From positions 171,995 through 235,994 of the forward strand of contig CAWAGS010000010.1 in assembly GCA_963781445.1 (NCBI GenBank): a stretch of 64,000 bases of DNA. The letters run 5' to 3'. Each line of letters opens with the position of its first letter. Position 1 is the first letter of the stretch. Positions 8,753 to 18,483 of this stretch are shown here, in pieces. The position numbers were made by a program, and so were the translations under genes. Source of the DNA: an uncultured Actinomycetota bacterium (GTDB taxonomy: Bacteria; Actinomycetota; Actinomycetes; Propionibacteriales; Nocardioidaceae). Below the pieces are notes generated by a model, which did not search any database, had not been told where the DNA came from, and saw only the letters and a list, made by a program, of their open reading frames with translations.

Positions 8753-9647
8753 CGTCGAACCAGTCCGGAGTGAGCTTCGGATACTGCGGGTGCCAACCGG
8801 TGCGGTCGCAGAAGCGTTGCGAGCTGACGCGCTGCGACCGCGACAGCATCTCCAGCCGCTGGCCACCCAGGTACATCGTGGCGGCGGAGAAGAACCGACC
8901 CTCCTTGCGCCCACCCGCCAACGCGAACGTGTCGACCAGGTCACGCCGCTTGACCGGCTCGGATCCGATGTTGTACGCCCCGGGTGGGACGGTGAGCGCA
9001 GCCACCGCGGCGCTCCCGACGTCGTCGACGTGCAGGAGATGCGTCCAGGAGTCGGGTCGGCCGATGCCGATCGGTCGGCCGGCGCGCGCCCGACGCAGCA
9101 ACCAGGCCGAGTTGCCGTCATGCCCGGCAATCTGGCCGAACCGCAACGCCACCCCCTCACCTCCGCCACGACCGAAGTCGTCGACCGCGGACTCGGACAC
9201 GACGACGTGCTCGGTGGCGCGGGTGAGCTCGATCGAGCTCTGCTCGTCGATCCAGTCGTCGCCGTGATCGGCGTAGACGAAGCTGAGACTTTGCTGCACG
9301 AGTCGGCCGACGCCGGCCTTGCGGGCCGCGTCGGCAACCACGGCAGCGCCCCGGCTGCGGATGCGGTCGTTGGTGCGCCACGCCCACGGACGCATCATGG
9401 CCGCCCCGACCGGAACGCGCGTGGCGAAGTTGATGACCGCGTCACACCCTCGCATGGTCCGTTCGAGGCGGGCCGTGTCGAAGATGTCGGCCACCACCGT
9501 CTCGGCGTCGAAGGTGGCGATCGCCGCCGCGCCTCGGTTCGTCCGCACCAGACCGATGACCGTGTGCCCGGCCTCGATGAGCGCGGGAAGGGTCGAACGA
9601 CCCATGACGCCGCTGGCTCCGGTCAGGAGAACCTTCACGTACTGCAC
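8742..9647 (-). CDS. NAD(P)-dependent epimerase/dehydratase-family (SDR) protein
   Basis: VKVLLTGASGVMGRSTLPALIEAGHTV is a Rossmann GxxGxxG motif. An alternative GTG start lies at 9638. Confidence 0.8.
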   Translation of the reverse strand: MQYVKVLLTGASGVMGRSTLPALIEAGHTVIGLVRTNRGAAAIATFDAETVVADIFDTARLERTMRGCDAVINFATRVPVGAAMMRPWAWRTNDRIRSRGAAVVADAARKAGVGRLVQQSLSFVYADHGDDWIDEQSSIELTRATEHVVVSESAVDDFGRGGGEGVALRFGQIAGHDGNSAWLLRRARAGRPIGIGRPDSWTHLLHVDDVGSAAVAALTVPPGAYNIGSEPVKRRDLVDTFALAGGRKEGRFFSAATMYLGGQRLEMLSRSQRVSSQRFCDRTGWHPQYPKLTPDWFDGVL

Positions 9648-9714
9648 GCTCCGTGGTGGGACAGGTCCGGTCGGGGTGGTTGCCCTCGGACTCCGCTCAG
9701 GGTAGCAATGCGCG

Positions 9715-10725
9715 TCACCCTCGAGACCTCGGATGTCGAGAAAAGAACGACCACATCAGGTCCGTCGCGTTGATCTCCTGGGTCATGCCCGTCCTCGGCA
9801 CCGCCTCGGCATCGGACCCGTTCCGGCCGGCGGGCGTCCGGAGGTCGATCCCGCCGGGCCACGCGTGTCCACCGGAGGCCACGACGTAGGCCGAGATGTC
9901 GTGGGACCCTGCGCACCTGGTCCAGCGGTAGAGCTCGACGTGCTTCGAGACGGTGGACGTCTGGGCGGGACGGCGGCACTCATCGTGCATCGCCCACATG
10001 GTCATCGCCTCGATGACACCCGGCAACCGGCCGATGATCGTCTTCGACCCGGAGTACGGGACGACGACGTCGGCCGCGCCGTGGAAGTAGATGATGGAGC
10101 GCGGCGGCGCCGATTGGCAGCGCTTCGCGTAGAACGGGGCAGCGACCCCGGCGAACGCGGCGAAGTCCGACGAGTCCTCGCACGCCAGCGCCAGGGCCAG
10201 GGCGGATCCGTTCGAGAACCCGGCTGCGAAGACCCGGTCCGCGTCGACGCAGGCAGCCTCCTTCACGTCGTCGAGGAGGTCGTGGGCGAACGCGACGTCT
10301 GTGCCCGGCTGGTCGGAGTCGGACCCGAAGTCCCAGGAGGAGATGATGCCCGAGCCCTGGGGTGCAACGATGAGCGCGTTCTCCTTGTCGGCGAGCTCAT
10401 CCATCCGAGTGCTGTGCAGCACGTCGCGGGCGTCGCCGCCGAAACCGTGGAACAGCATGATCACCGGAAGACGGGTCCGGCCGTCGTACGCGGGCGGGAC
10501 GTGCAACAGGTAGCTGCGCTCGTCTCCACCGAACTCGATCTGGCGCTGCGTGGTGCCGGTGGCGACCGCGAGCCCCGGTGAGCACCGCGGGCCGGACGAC
10601 TGCTCCGTCCCGCACGAGCCGATGCCTGCCGTCAGAGCGACGGCCAGGACGAGCGACATGATCCGGGGGGTCACGAGGACGAGCGTAGAGGTCCGGCGCA
10701 TGCGCCGATCCATCCCGACCTGCAC
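9715..10725 (-). CDS. Secreted alpha/beta-hydrolase esterase, PHB-depolymerase (LpqC-like) family, probable lipoprotein
   Basis: LPVIMLFHGFGGDA, a GFSNGS nucleophile elbow, and a lipobox-like AGIGSCG after a hydrophobic leader. The true start is probably internal (MRRTSTL or MSLVL). Confidence 0.7.
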   Translation of the reverse strand: MQVGMDRRMRRTSTLVLVTPRIMSLVLAVALTAGIGSCGTEQSSGPRCSPGLAVATGTTQRQIEFGGDERSYLLHVPPAYDGRTRLPVIMLFHGFGGDARDVLHSTRMDELADKENALIVAPQGSGIISSWDFGSDSDQPGTDVAFAHDLLDDVKEAACVDADRVFAAGFSNGSALALALACEDSSDFAAFAGVAAPFYAKRCQSAPPRSIIYFHGAADVVVPYSGSKTIIGRLPGVIEAMTMWAMHDECRRPAQTSTVSKHVELYRWTRCAGSHDISAYVVASGGHAWPGGIDLRTPAGRNGSDAEAVPRTGMTQEINATDLMWSFFSRHPRSRG

Positions 10726-10774
10726 CGACTGCTTGCCGACGTCGGCAGCACGGAGCGCGGTAGTCTCGCGGCGA

Positions 10775-10847
10775 GCCCCCGTAGCTCAGGGGATAGAGCG
10801 ACGGTTTCCTAAACCGCAGGCCGCAGGTTCGAATCCTGCCGGGGGCA
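10775..10847 (+). tRNA. tRNA-Arg (anticodon CCT)
   Basis: Hand-folded cloverleaf: acceptor GCCCCCG/CGGGGGC, D arm GCTC..GAGC, anticodon stem ACGGT/ACCGC with loop TTCCTAA, T arm GCAGG-TTCGAAT-CCTGC, discriminator A. CCA is not fully encoded. Confidence 0.9.
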
Positions 10848-11048
10848 CCGGAAGCGTGACTGGCGCGCCGCCGGTCGACGAACCACTGATTCCCGCTCCC
10901 TCACCCGGTCCTGTACCGAGCTTTGGGCTACGATGCCAGTGCGAGATCGCTTTGGCTTCCATGCTGGGGCAGCGCGACTCGCGGCACTGGTCGAACCGCC
11001 GGCGAGACGCCACCACTGCGAACCTTTCCGAGATCTGGTGTCCATGCC

Positions 11049-11258
11049 ATGGACCGTTTCGACCTGCTCCTGTCCCTCGACGTCCGCCTCGTGCACGTGC
11101 CTGGGCTGACCGAAGGTGCCATCTGGCTGCCCCTGCAGCGAATCCTGATCGTCGACACCGACCTCACGCCCGACCTCGTCGATTTCGCGTATGAGGCGGT
11201 CGCCTCGGGGCTCACCCCGAAGCAGGATGCGCAGACCGTTCTCGTGGCCCATCCGTGA
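11049..11258 (+). CDS. Hypothetical small protein (69 aa)
   Basis: ATG at 11049 within ORF 10923..11258 gives MDRFDLLLSLDVRLVHVPGLTEGAIWLPLQRILIVDTDL. I recognise no family, and coding status is unproven. Confidence 0.3.
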   Translation: MDRFDLLLSLDVRLVHVPGLTEGAIWLPLQRILIVDTDLTPDLVDFAYEAVASGLTPKQDAQTVLVAHP

Positions 11259-11440
11259 GCCACGGCGTCCACCCGATCGCACCTGCCCCAGCGCTGGTGC
11301 ACCGAGAAGCTGATCCATGGGCGCTGGAGGAGGACGGACGCGGACTCACTGCATCCTGACGGCGATCTTGCCGCGGGTCCGACCGGCCTCCCGATGGCAC
11401 CGGAGTCGCGCAGAACGGGATCCAGCCCTACCTTTCCCTC

Positions 11441-12433
11441 ATGGTCCGTCTGCGGCGCGTGTCGGCGAGCATGCCGGGATGGACGCGGGTGCGGCACGGT
11501 CGCGGATTCCGTTACCTCGACGAGTCCGGGACGGCGCTGGAGACGGTCGACCTCGAACGCTGCAAGAGCCTGGTGATCCCGCCGGCCTGGAGGGAGGTCT
11601 GGATCTGCCCGGTCGAGAACGGTCACCTGCAGGCCGTCGGCACCGACGACGCCGGACGACGTCAATACATCTACCACCCCGACTGGCGGATCCGGCGCGA
11701 CGCCGAGAAGTTCGAGCACATGGAACGGTTCGCCCGGTCGCTCATCCGGCACCGCACGCCGACCCGGCGCGATCTTTCCGGCGAGCCGGACCTCACCACG
11801 GTCGCGGCCGCCGCGTTCTCGCTGCTCGACCTCGGCATGTTCCGCATCGGCTCGGAGCGCTACACCGACGAGCACGGCAGCTACGGCTTGACCACCCTCG
11901 AGAAGAAGCACGTGACGCGTGACGGCCGTGGCCTGACGTTCAGCTACACGGCCAAGTCCGGACAGGAGGTCGACGTCACCGTGCGCGACGACCGCGTCGG
12001 CGCCGTGCTCGACACCCTGTTGCGCCGTCGCGGCGGCGGGGAGAACCTGCTCGCCTACAAGGACGGTCGACGCTGGCGGGACCTTGACGCCGACGACGTC
12101 AACGCCTATGTGAAGGAGAGACTGGGTGAGGAGTTCAGCGCCAAGGACTTTCGCACGTGGCGGGGTACGGTGATCGCGGCCCACGAGCTGGCCGACGCCG
12201 ACGCGTCCAGCAAGACGGCGCGCAAGCGTGCGATCGCCGCTGCGATGCGTGAGGTCGGCGAGCACCTCGGCAACACCGCCACCGTGGCCCGGGGATCCTA
12301 TGTCGATCCACGGGTGGTGGACCTGTTCGACGACGGCATCACCGTGGCCTCAGGTCACCGGCGCATCGCGCCCGGCGCTCCGGTCAGCCGGACGCTGGAG
12401 CGTCAGGTGCTGCGGCTCCTCAAGCGAGCGTGA
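11441..12433 (+). CDS. DNA topoisomerase IB (poxvirus-like bacterial TopIB)
   Basis: GFRYLDESG, IPPAWREVWICP, GTDDAGRRQYIYHPDW, FRIGSERY, LTFSYTAKSG, SAKDFRTWRGT and the C-terminal ARGSYVDPRV (catalytic Tyr context) match the TopIB family layout. Confidence 0.85.
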   Translation: MVRLRRVSASMPGWTRVRHGRGFRYLDESGTALETVDLERCKSLVIPPAWREVWICPVENGHLQAVGTDDAGRRQYIYHPDWRIRRDAEKFEHMERFARSLIRHRTPTRRDLSGEPDLTTVAAAAFSLLDLGMFRIGSERYTDEHGSYGLTTLEKKHVTRDGRGLTFSYTAKSGQEVDVTVRDDRVGAVLDTLLRRRGGGENLLAYKDGRRWRDLDADDVNAYVKERLGEEFSAKDFRTWRGTVIAAHELADADASSKTARKRAIAAAMREVGEHLGNTATVARGSYVDPRVVDLFDDGITVASGHRRIAPGAPVSRTLERQVLRLLKRA

Positions 12434-12446
12434 CGCCGGAGGATCC

Positions 12447-13805
12447 TCAGGGCAGCGTCGACTCCACGGCCCGCCAGTACGTCGGGTACGCGTAGATCGA
12501 GTTGCGGAGCGTGGCGAGGGGGATCTCAGCCCGCACGGCGACGGCAAGGCCGGAGAGCGTCTCACCGCCGGTGGGCCCGACGCTCGTCGCGCCGACGAGC
12601 ACGTCGCGGTCGGTGTCGATCACCAGCTTGATGAGTCCCTCATGACCCGGGCCGTGCACGAAGCCGCGGCTGCTCGACGCCACCGACCCCGTGGCGACCT
12701 CCACCGCGATGCCTCGGTCACGGGCCTGCTGCTCGGTGAGGCCGACGCTGCCGACCTCGGGATCGGTGAAGGTGACGCGCGGCAGGCTGGGGTCGTAGGG
12801 CTCCTGCGGCTCGCCGAGGATGGCTCGGGCCGCGCGCTCCGCCTGGTACATCGCGACGTGGGTGAAGGCACCCCGACCGGTGATGTCACCGATCGCCCAC
12901 AGTCCGTCCACGACCCGCTGGTCGTCGTCGACCTCGAGGAACTTCCCGGTGGAGTCGACCCCGACCGTGTCGAGACCGACCTCGGTGATCCGCGAGGTAC
13001 GACCCGCCGCCACGAGCAGCCGCTCGGCCTCGAAGGTCTGCTCGCCGCAGGTGACGTGGAAGCGCTCGCCGCCGTGCGCGATCGCGTCGATGCTGATGCC
13101 GGCGTGCACCGCCAGACCCTCCGCCTGGAGCACCTCCGTCAGCAGCTCGGAGGACTCCGGCTCCTCCGGGCCGAGAATGCGTGGCGCGACCTCCAGGACC
13201 GTGACCTCGGACCCGAAGCGCGAGAAGGCCTGCGCGAGCTCCATCCCGATCGCGCCGCCCCCGATGACGATGAGCGAGTCCGGCAGCTCGGTCGTGCTCA
13301 GGGCCTCGCGGTTCGTCCAGAAGGGAGTGTCGGCCAGACCCTCGATCGGCGGGACCGACGCCGTGGTGCCGGTGTTGAGCACCACCCCGGTGGACGCCGT
13401 GATGCGCTCGACGCCGTCGTCGGTCTGCACCTCCACGACGCGGTCGCCGGCCAGTCGGCCGTGGCCACGCACGAACCGCACCCCTGCGTCGACGAGCCGA
13501 TCGACCGCGATCGTGTCGTCCCAGTCGGCCGTGGCCTCGTCGCGGATGCGTCGCGCCACCGGTTCGAAGTCGGGGGTGACGTCCGCGTGCCCGGCCAGGC
13601 CGTCGATGCGGCGTGCCTCGGCCAGCGCGTTGGCAGCGCGGATGAACATCTTCGACGGGATGCAACCCCAGTACGGACACTCACCGCCGACCAGCTCGGC
13701 CTCGACAGCGACGACCTCGAGCCCGGCTCCCGCCAGCCTCGAGGCCAGTGCCTCTCCCCCCGGCCCGAGGCCCACGACCACGACGTCACACTGTTGTTCG
13801 CTCAT
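12447..13805 (-). CDS. FAD-dependent pyridine nucleotide-disulfide oxidoreductase (dihydrolipoyl dehydrogenase/mercuric reductase-like)
   Basis: MSEQQCDVVVVGLGPGGEA is the FAD GxGxxG motif and GGECPYWGCIPSK is the redox-active CxxxxC. A second Rossmann IVIGGGAIGMELA is present. An alternative start lies at 13832. Confidence 0.85.
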   Translation of the reverse strand: MSEQQCDVVVVGLGPGGEALASRLAGAGLEVVAVEAELVGGECPYWGCIPSKMFIRAANALAEARRIDGLAGHADVTPDFEPVARRIRDEATADWDDTIAVDRLVDAGVRFVRGHGRLAGDRVVEVQTDDGVERITASTGVVLNTGTTASVPPIEGLADTPFWTNREALSTTELPDSLIVIGGGAIGMELAQAFSRFGSEVTVLEVAPRILGPEEPESSELLTEVLQAEGLAVHAGISIDAIAHGGERFHVTCGEQTFEAERLLVAAGRTSRITEVGLDTVGVDSTGKFLEVDDDQRVVDGLWAIGDITGRGAFTHVAMYQAERAARAILGEPQEPYDPSLPRVTFTDPEVGSVGLTEQQARDRGIAVEVATGSVASSSRGFVHGPGHEGLIKLVIDTDRDVLVGATSVGPTGGETLSGLAVAVRAEIPLATLRNSIYAYPTYWRAVESTLP

Positions 13806-13832
13806 CTGCCCATCATTGGGCATGGACCCCAA

Positions 13833-15023
13833 TTACGGGCTGATGAGCTTCAACGGGTTGATGAATCCGCTGCCCGTGGTGTCGTCCTTGCCGGGTTGCT
13901 CGAGGTCCTGCGCGGTGGACTCGAGCCGGCTGGCGACCTTCGCCTGGCTCCACCCGCGGCGCGAGATGGCCAGGGCGCCGGCGGCGGCCACGTAGGGCGA
14001 GGCCATCGACGTGCCGGAGAGATAGCAGTAGTCGGCGCTCTGCGAGCACCCGAGACCGTTCGAGCCGCGAATCATCGTGGAGATGATCTTCTCGCCCGGG
14101 GCCACGACATCGACCCACGAGCCGCAGGAGGAGAACGACGAGCGCCGGATGGACTGGTTCACCGCACCGACGCCGACGACCCCCGGATAGGCCGCGGGGT
14201 AGACCGACCACAGGTTCAGCAGGCCGCAGCCGCCGTTGCCGGCCGCTGCGACGACGAGGACGTTCTTGGAGATGGCGTAGTCGACCGCCGAGCTCATGGC
14301 CGCGCTGGACTGGCTGCTGGACAGGGAGAGGTTGATGACCTTCGCCCCGTTCGAGGCGGCATAGACGATGCCCTTGGCCACGTCGGCTGCCGTGCCGCTG
14401 CCGTCGGCGTCGAGCACCCGTACCGGGAGGATCTTCGTCTTCGGCGCGAACCCGGCAACACCGACGCGGTTGTTGGCGGTCGCGGCGATGATGCCTGCGA
14501 CGTGGGTGCCGTGTCCGTTCTCGTCATTGCTGGACGTACCCGGGTCGACGTAGTCGATTCCGGACAGCACGCGGCCCGACAGGTCTTGGTGCGAGCTCTT
14601 GACCCCGGTGTCGATGACCGCGACGGTCACCTTCGAGCCTGTGGTGGACTTGTGGACGGTCTCGGCCTTGAGCGCCGAGAGCGCCCACTGCTGCTTGCGG
14701 TACGTGTCGTTGTAGGCGTCGATCGAGACCCGGTGGTTCAGCTCGGCTCCGATGGTCGAGGCCTTGGCGAGCGCCTGCGCGATCAGTGCGCGAGCCTGCG
14801 CAAGGGTGTCGACCTCGATCGTGTCGATGACCGGCGCGCCGTTGGATCCACGCGAGGTGATGACGACTTCCAGCGGCACCCCCGAGACTGCGGTGGCGAC
14901 GATGTCGTCCACCTCGTCGCTGTGGGGTGCGGCCGACGTGGCTCCGGGGAGGGCGACCAGAGCGGTCACCAGGACTGGGACGGCGAGCAGCCGCGACACG
15001 ATGCGGGCCTGGGGGATCGGCAC
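13833..15023 (-). CDS. Secreted S8 (subtilisin-like) serine peptidase
   Basis: Signal peptide, I9-like propeptide, and a catalytic triad in the contexts VAVIDTGV, HGTHVAGI and SGTSMASP. Confidence 0.9.
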   Translation of the reverse strand: MPIPQARIVSRLLAVPVLVTALVALPGATSAAPHSDEVDDIVATAVSGVPLEVVITSRGSNGAPVIDTIEVDTLAQARALIAQALAKASTIGAELNHRVSIDAYNDTYRKQQWALSALKAETVHKSTTGSKVTVAVIDTGVKSSHQDLSGRVLSGIDYVDPGTSSNDENGHGTHVAGIIAATANNRVGVAGFAPKTKILPVRVLDADGSGTAADVAKGIVYAASNGAKVINLSLSSSQSSAAMSSAVDYAISKNVLVVAAAGNGGCGLLNLWSVYPAAYPGVVGVGAVNQSIRRSSFSSCGSWVDVVAPGEKIISTMIRGSNGLGCSQSADYCYLSGTSMASPYVAAAGALAISRRGWSQAKVASRLESTAQDLEQPGKDDTTGSGFINPLKLISP

Positions 15024-15055
15024 GGTACTCCTAGGGTCGACGTCCCTCTAACGAT

Positions 15056-15553
15056 TCAGCTCCCCCGAAGGTGACGCTCCTCGCGCAACGATTCTTGGTC
15101 GGCGCGACGCCAGCGCCGCACGCTGTACGCCAGCAGCGACCACGCAGCAACGGCGGATGCGATGAGGCCCAGACCCGTCGGCCATCCGGCCCCCGGCAGG
15201 TGCGGCCCGAAGTGCAGGACCCAGACGTCGAACTCAGGAATGGTCGGCGAGCTCCACCAGACGATGCCGAGGGCGAACAGCCAGGCGCCGCCGAGCACGC
15301 TGATGCTGATCCGTGGCCAGGTGGCCACGCCGTAGCGCGCCGCCCGGACGGCCTGCCGCTGCAACGGGTCGAGGGCTCGCTGCGCCCAGGAGTAGTGGGG
15401 CGCGAGCAGCGCGACACCGGCGACCAGCACCAACGTGCCGGGACCGGGGAGCGGGATGAGCGGGATGCCGACGACCACCAGCGTCCACCCGAGGATCTCG
15501 CTGCCGGTGCGCCGGAACCATCGGCCGAGACGCCCGCGCATGGTCATGGACAC
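15056..15553 (-). CDS. PGPGW-domain membrane protein
   Basis: GIPLIPLPGPGTLVLVAGVALLA plus further TM segments. This is a small basic membrane protein. Confidence 0.6.
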   Translation of the reverse strand: MSMTMRGRLGRWFRRTGSEILGWTLVVVGIPLIPLPGPGTLVLVAGVALLAPHYSWAQRALDPLQRQAVRAARYGVATWPRISISVLGGAWLFALGIVWWSSPTIPEFDVWVLHFGPHLPGAGWPTGLGLIASAVAAWSLLAYSVRRWRRADQESLREERHLRGS

Positions 15554-15578
15554 AGCATGCCAGCCGCGGCAATCTCAG

Positions 15579-16922
15579 ATGGCGAAAGCCGACCCGGCCC
15601 CGTTGAATGGACCAGTGAACCTCGCCTCCCGCCTCCTGTCCCTGACCGAGGATGCCCTGAACGTCCGACTCCCGGTCCGTCTGCGCGCGTGGGATGGCAG
15701 CGAGGCCGGCATCGAGGGCGGGCCCGTCCTCGTCATCGGCGACAAGCGGGCCCTTCGGCACATCCTCTGGTCGCCCGGCGAGCTGGGCGTCGCCCGCGCC
15801 TACGTGAAGGGGTTCCTCGATGTCGAGGGCGACCTCGCCCAGGGTCTCACCGCGGTCTGGGCCGCCGTCCGCACCGCCCGGGCCGACGACCCCACGGCGG
15901 CCAAGCCCAGGATCGGCCCCCGCATCGCCGCTCGCGCCGCTGGACTTGCCCTGCGGACCGGAGCCATCGGTCGCCGCCCTCCGGTCCCGGCGGCGGAGTC
16001 GCAGCTCACCGGAGACCTCCACTCCCGCGAGCGCGACCGTGCGGCCATCTCGCACCACTACGACCTCTCCAACGACTTCTACGAGCTCATCCTCGACGAG
16101 AGCATGGCCTACTCGAGCGGGTTCCACCTCACGCCCGAGATGACGCTGTCGGAGGCCCAGCACGCCAAGCTCGACCTCATCTGCCGCAAGCTCGGGCTCG
16201 TGCCCGGGATGCGGATGCTCGACATCGGCTCCGGATGGGGCTCGCTCACGCTGCATGCGGCCGAGCACTACGGCGTCCACGTCGTCGGCGTCACCTTGTC
16301 GAGCGAGCAGCGCGACTTCGTCATGAAGCGCGCCGCCGAGCGCGGACTCCAAGGACGCGTCGACGTCAGCCTCCGCCACTTCCGCGACCTCGAGGGCGCC
16401 GGCGTCACCGACGGCACCATCGACGCCATCGCCTCGGTCGAGATGGGCGAGCACGTCGGCGACGCCGAGTACGTCGTGTTCACCGAGTCGATCCACCGCT
16501 ACCTTCGACCCGGAGGTCGGGTGCTCATCCAGCAGATGTCGCGGAGCAACGACGAGCCGGGCGACAGTCCCGGAGGTGGGCCGTTCATCGAGACCTACAT
16601 CGCGCCGGACATGCACATGAAGCCGTTGGCCAGGACGATCGGGCTCATCAGCGGCGCCGGCCTGGAGGTCCGCGACGTCCAGGCCATGCGCGAGCACTAC
16701 CCCCAGACGGTCGCCGCGTGGGCGCGCAACCTCGAGGAGAACTGGGCGACCGCGGTCGCCCTGGTGGGCGAGGAGATGGCCCGGGTGTGGCGGCTCTACC
16801 TGGCCGGCGGCTCGCTGGCCTTCGAGGAGAACCGGATGGGCGTCGACCAGATCCTGGCCGTGAAACCCTCGGCTCGCGGCATCAGCGGAATGCCGGCGTC
16901 CCCCCTCACGTGGTTGTCTTGA
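15579..16922 (+). CDS. Cyclopropane-fatty-acyl-phospholipid synthase-family SAM methyltransferase
   Basis: ATG at 15579. HYDLSNDFYELILDESMAYSSG and MRMLDIGSGWGSL (SAM motif I) are CFA synthase/mycolic acid methyltransferase family signatures. Confidence 0.85.
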   Translation: MAKADPAPLNGPVNLASRLLSLTEDALNVRLPVRLRAWDGSEAGIEGGPVLVIGDKRALRHILWSPGELGVARAYVKGFLDVEGDLAQGLTAVWAAVRTARADDPTAAKPRIGPRIAARAAGLALRTGAIGRRPPVPAAESQLTGDLHSRERDRAAISHHYDLSNDFYELILDESMAYSSGFHLTPEMTLSEAQHAKLDLICRKLGLVPGMRMLDIGSGWGSLTLHAAEHYGVHVVGVTLSSEQRDFVMKRAAERGLQGRVDVSLRHFRDLEGAGVTDGTIDAIASVEMGEHVGDAEYVVFTESIHRYLRPGGRVLIQQMSRSNDEPGDSPGGGPFIETYIAPDMHMKPLARTIGLISGAGLEVRDVQAMREHYPQTVAAWARNLEENWATAVALVGEEMARVWRLYLAGGSLAFEENRMGVDQILAVKPSARGISGMPASPLTWLS

Positions 16923-16926
16923 TCCC

Positions 16927-17733
16927 ATGATCGACAACGACATCTCCCAGAGCGTCGTCACGCTCCTCATCGGTCTCGTCACCGTGGCCGCTCTCATGGG
17001 CGGTTCGCTGTGGTTCGCGACCCGCAAGCGGAAGCTGACCATCGTCGACACGGTGTGGGGCCTGGGGTTCGTCGCGGTCGCCTTCGTGTCGGTGTTCGTC
17101 ACCGATCGCGGCGACGGCATGCCCGGCACGCAGGTCTTGTTGTTCCTGCTCGTGCTGCTGTGGGGCCTGCGTCTGGCCGTGCACCTGCACCTGCGCAACT
17201 CCAAGGCCGGCGAGGACCCGCGCTACCAGGAGCTCGCCGACGCCGACGGGCGGTCGTTCGAGGAGGTCGCGCTCCGCCGCGTGTTCCTCCCCCAGGGCAT
17301 CTCGATGTGGCTCGTCGCCACCCCCGTGATGGTCGGGATGAACAACGAGGGCACCGTCGCGTGGCTGGGCTGGCTCGGCTTCGCCGTGTGGGCGGTGGGG
17401 ATGTTCTTCGAGACCGTCGGCGACTTCCAGCTCGTCCGGTTCAAGAAGAACCCCGACAACAAGGGCAAGCTGATGGACCGCGGACTGTGGCGCTACACCA
17501 GGCACCCGAACTACTTCGGCGACGCGTGCGTGTGGTGGGGCATCTGGCTCGTGGCGGCGTCCTCGTGGGCCGGCGTGGTGACGATCATCGGGCCCATCGC
17601 GATGACCCTGTTCCTGACGAAGGTCACCGGAGCGGCGAACAACGAGAAGGGCATGCGCTCGAGCAAGCCCGGCTACGACGAGTACGTCCGGCGCACCAGC
17701 GGGTTCGTCCCGATGCCGCCGAAGAAGGCCTGA
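16927..17733 (+). CDS. DUF1295 (steroid 5-alpha-reductase-like) membrane protein
   Basis: Multiple TM segments and GLWRYTRHPNYFGDACVWWGIW. It starts 5 nt after the cfa-family gene. Confidence 0.8.
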   Translation: MIDNDISQSVVTLLIGLVTVAALMGGSLWFATRKRKLTIVDTVWGLGFVAVAFVSVFVTDRGDGMPGTQVLLFLLVLLWGLRLAVHLHLRNSKAGEDPRYQELADADGRSFEEVALRRVFLPQGISMWLVATPVMVGMNNEGTVAWLGWLGFAVWAVGMFFETVGDFQLVRFKKNPDNKGKLMDRGLWRYTRHPNYFGDACVWWGIWLVAASSWAGVVTIIGPIAMTLFLTKVTGAANNEKGMRSSKPGYDEYVRRTSGFVPMPPKKA

Positions 17734-17738
17734 GCGGT

Positions 17739-18428
17739 TCAGGCCGACACGAAGATGTGGGCGGCAGCCTCGGCGTCGATCTCTGCCGTCTCGGCTTGGC
17801 GCGCCACGATGATTCCGTCGTGGCCCTGCGACACCAGCACGTCGTTGCCCGGCAAGGCGCCGACGCGACGCAGCACGGACATGACCTGCGTGTCCTTCTG
17901 CAGCTCCTCGGCGATCCGTCGCACGATGCGACGTACCGGCTCGACCGAGCCGCTGACCGCCTTGGTGAGCGGCTCCACGCCGGCCAGGAAGTTGGTGTCG
18001 TCGCCGGCCTCACCGAGCTCGGACAGTCCGGGAATCGGGTTGCCGTACGGCGACTCGGTGGGATGTCCGAGCAGCTCGACGAGCCTGCGCTCGACCTGTT
18101 CGGACATGACGTGCTCCCAGCGGCACGCCTCCTCGTGGACGAACTCGATCTCCAGGCCGATGACGTCGGTCAGCAGCCGCTCCGCGAGCCGGTGCTTGCG
18201 CATCACCCGGGTGGCCAGCTGGCGACCCTTCGGAGAGAGCTCCAGATGACGGTCGCCCTCCACCGTGACCAGCCCGTCGCGCTCCATGCGGGCCACCGTC
18301 TGGCTGACCGTAGGGCCGCTCTGGTGCAGTCGCTCGGCGATGCGGGCCCGCAACGGGACGATGCCTTCCTCCTCGAGCTCGAACACCGTGCGGAGGTACA
18401 TCTCGGTGGTGTCGATGAGGTCGCTCAC
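17739..18428 (-). CDS. ideR: Iron-dependent transcriptional repressor, DtxR/IdeR family
   Basis: MSDLIDTTEMYLRTVFELEEEGIVPLRARIAERLHQSGPTVSQTVARMERDGL and HEEACRWEHVMS (metal sites), plus an SH3-like C-terminal domain. Confidence 0.9.
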   Translation of the reverse strand: MSDLIDTTEMYLRTVFELEEEGIVPLRARIAERLHQSGPTVSQTVARMERDGLVTVEGDRHLELSPKGRQLATRVMRKHRLAERLLTDVIGLEIEFVHEEACRWEHVMSEQVERRLVELLGHPTESPYGNPIPGLSELGEAGDDTNFLAGVEPLTKAVSGSVEPVRRIVRRIAEELQKDTQVMSVLRRVGALPGNDVLVSQGHDGIIVARQAETAEIDAEAAAHIFVSA

Positions 18429-18483
18429 GCCCCCATTGTTCCATGGTCACTTCGCGGGCATTCCGGTGTCGGCCATGGGTGAG

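Noticed and set aside
12228-15074. 948-aa plus-strand ORF spanning the oxidoreductase and S8 peptidase region.
   Set aside because: It is antisense to two ORFs with clear family motifs. Its translation is Arg/Gly/Asp/Pro-rich low-complexity sequence typical of shadow frames in high-GC DNA.
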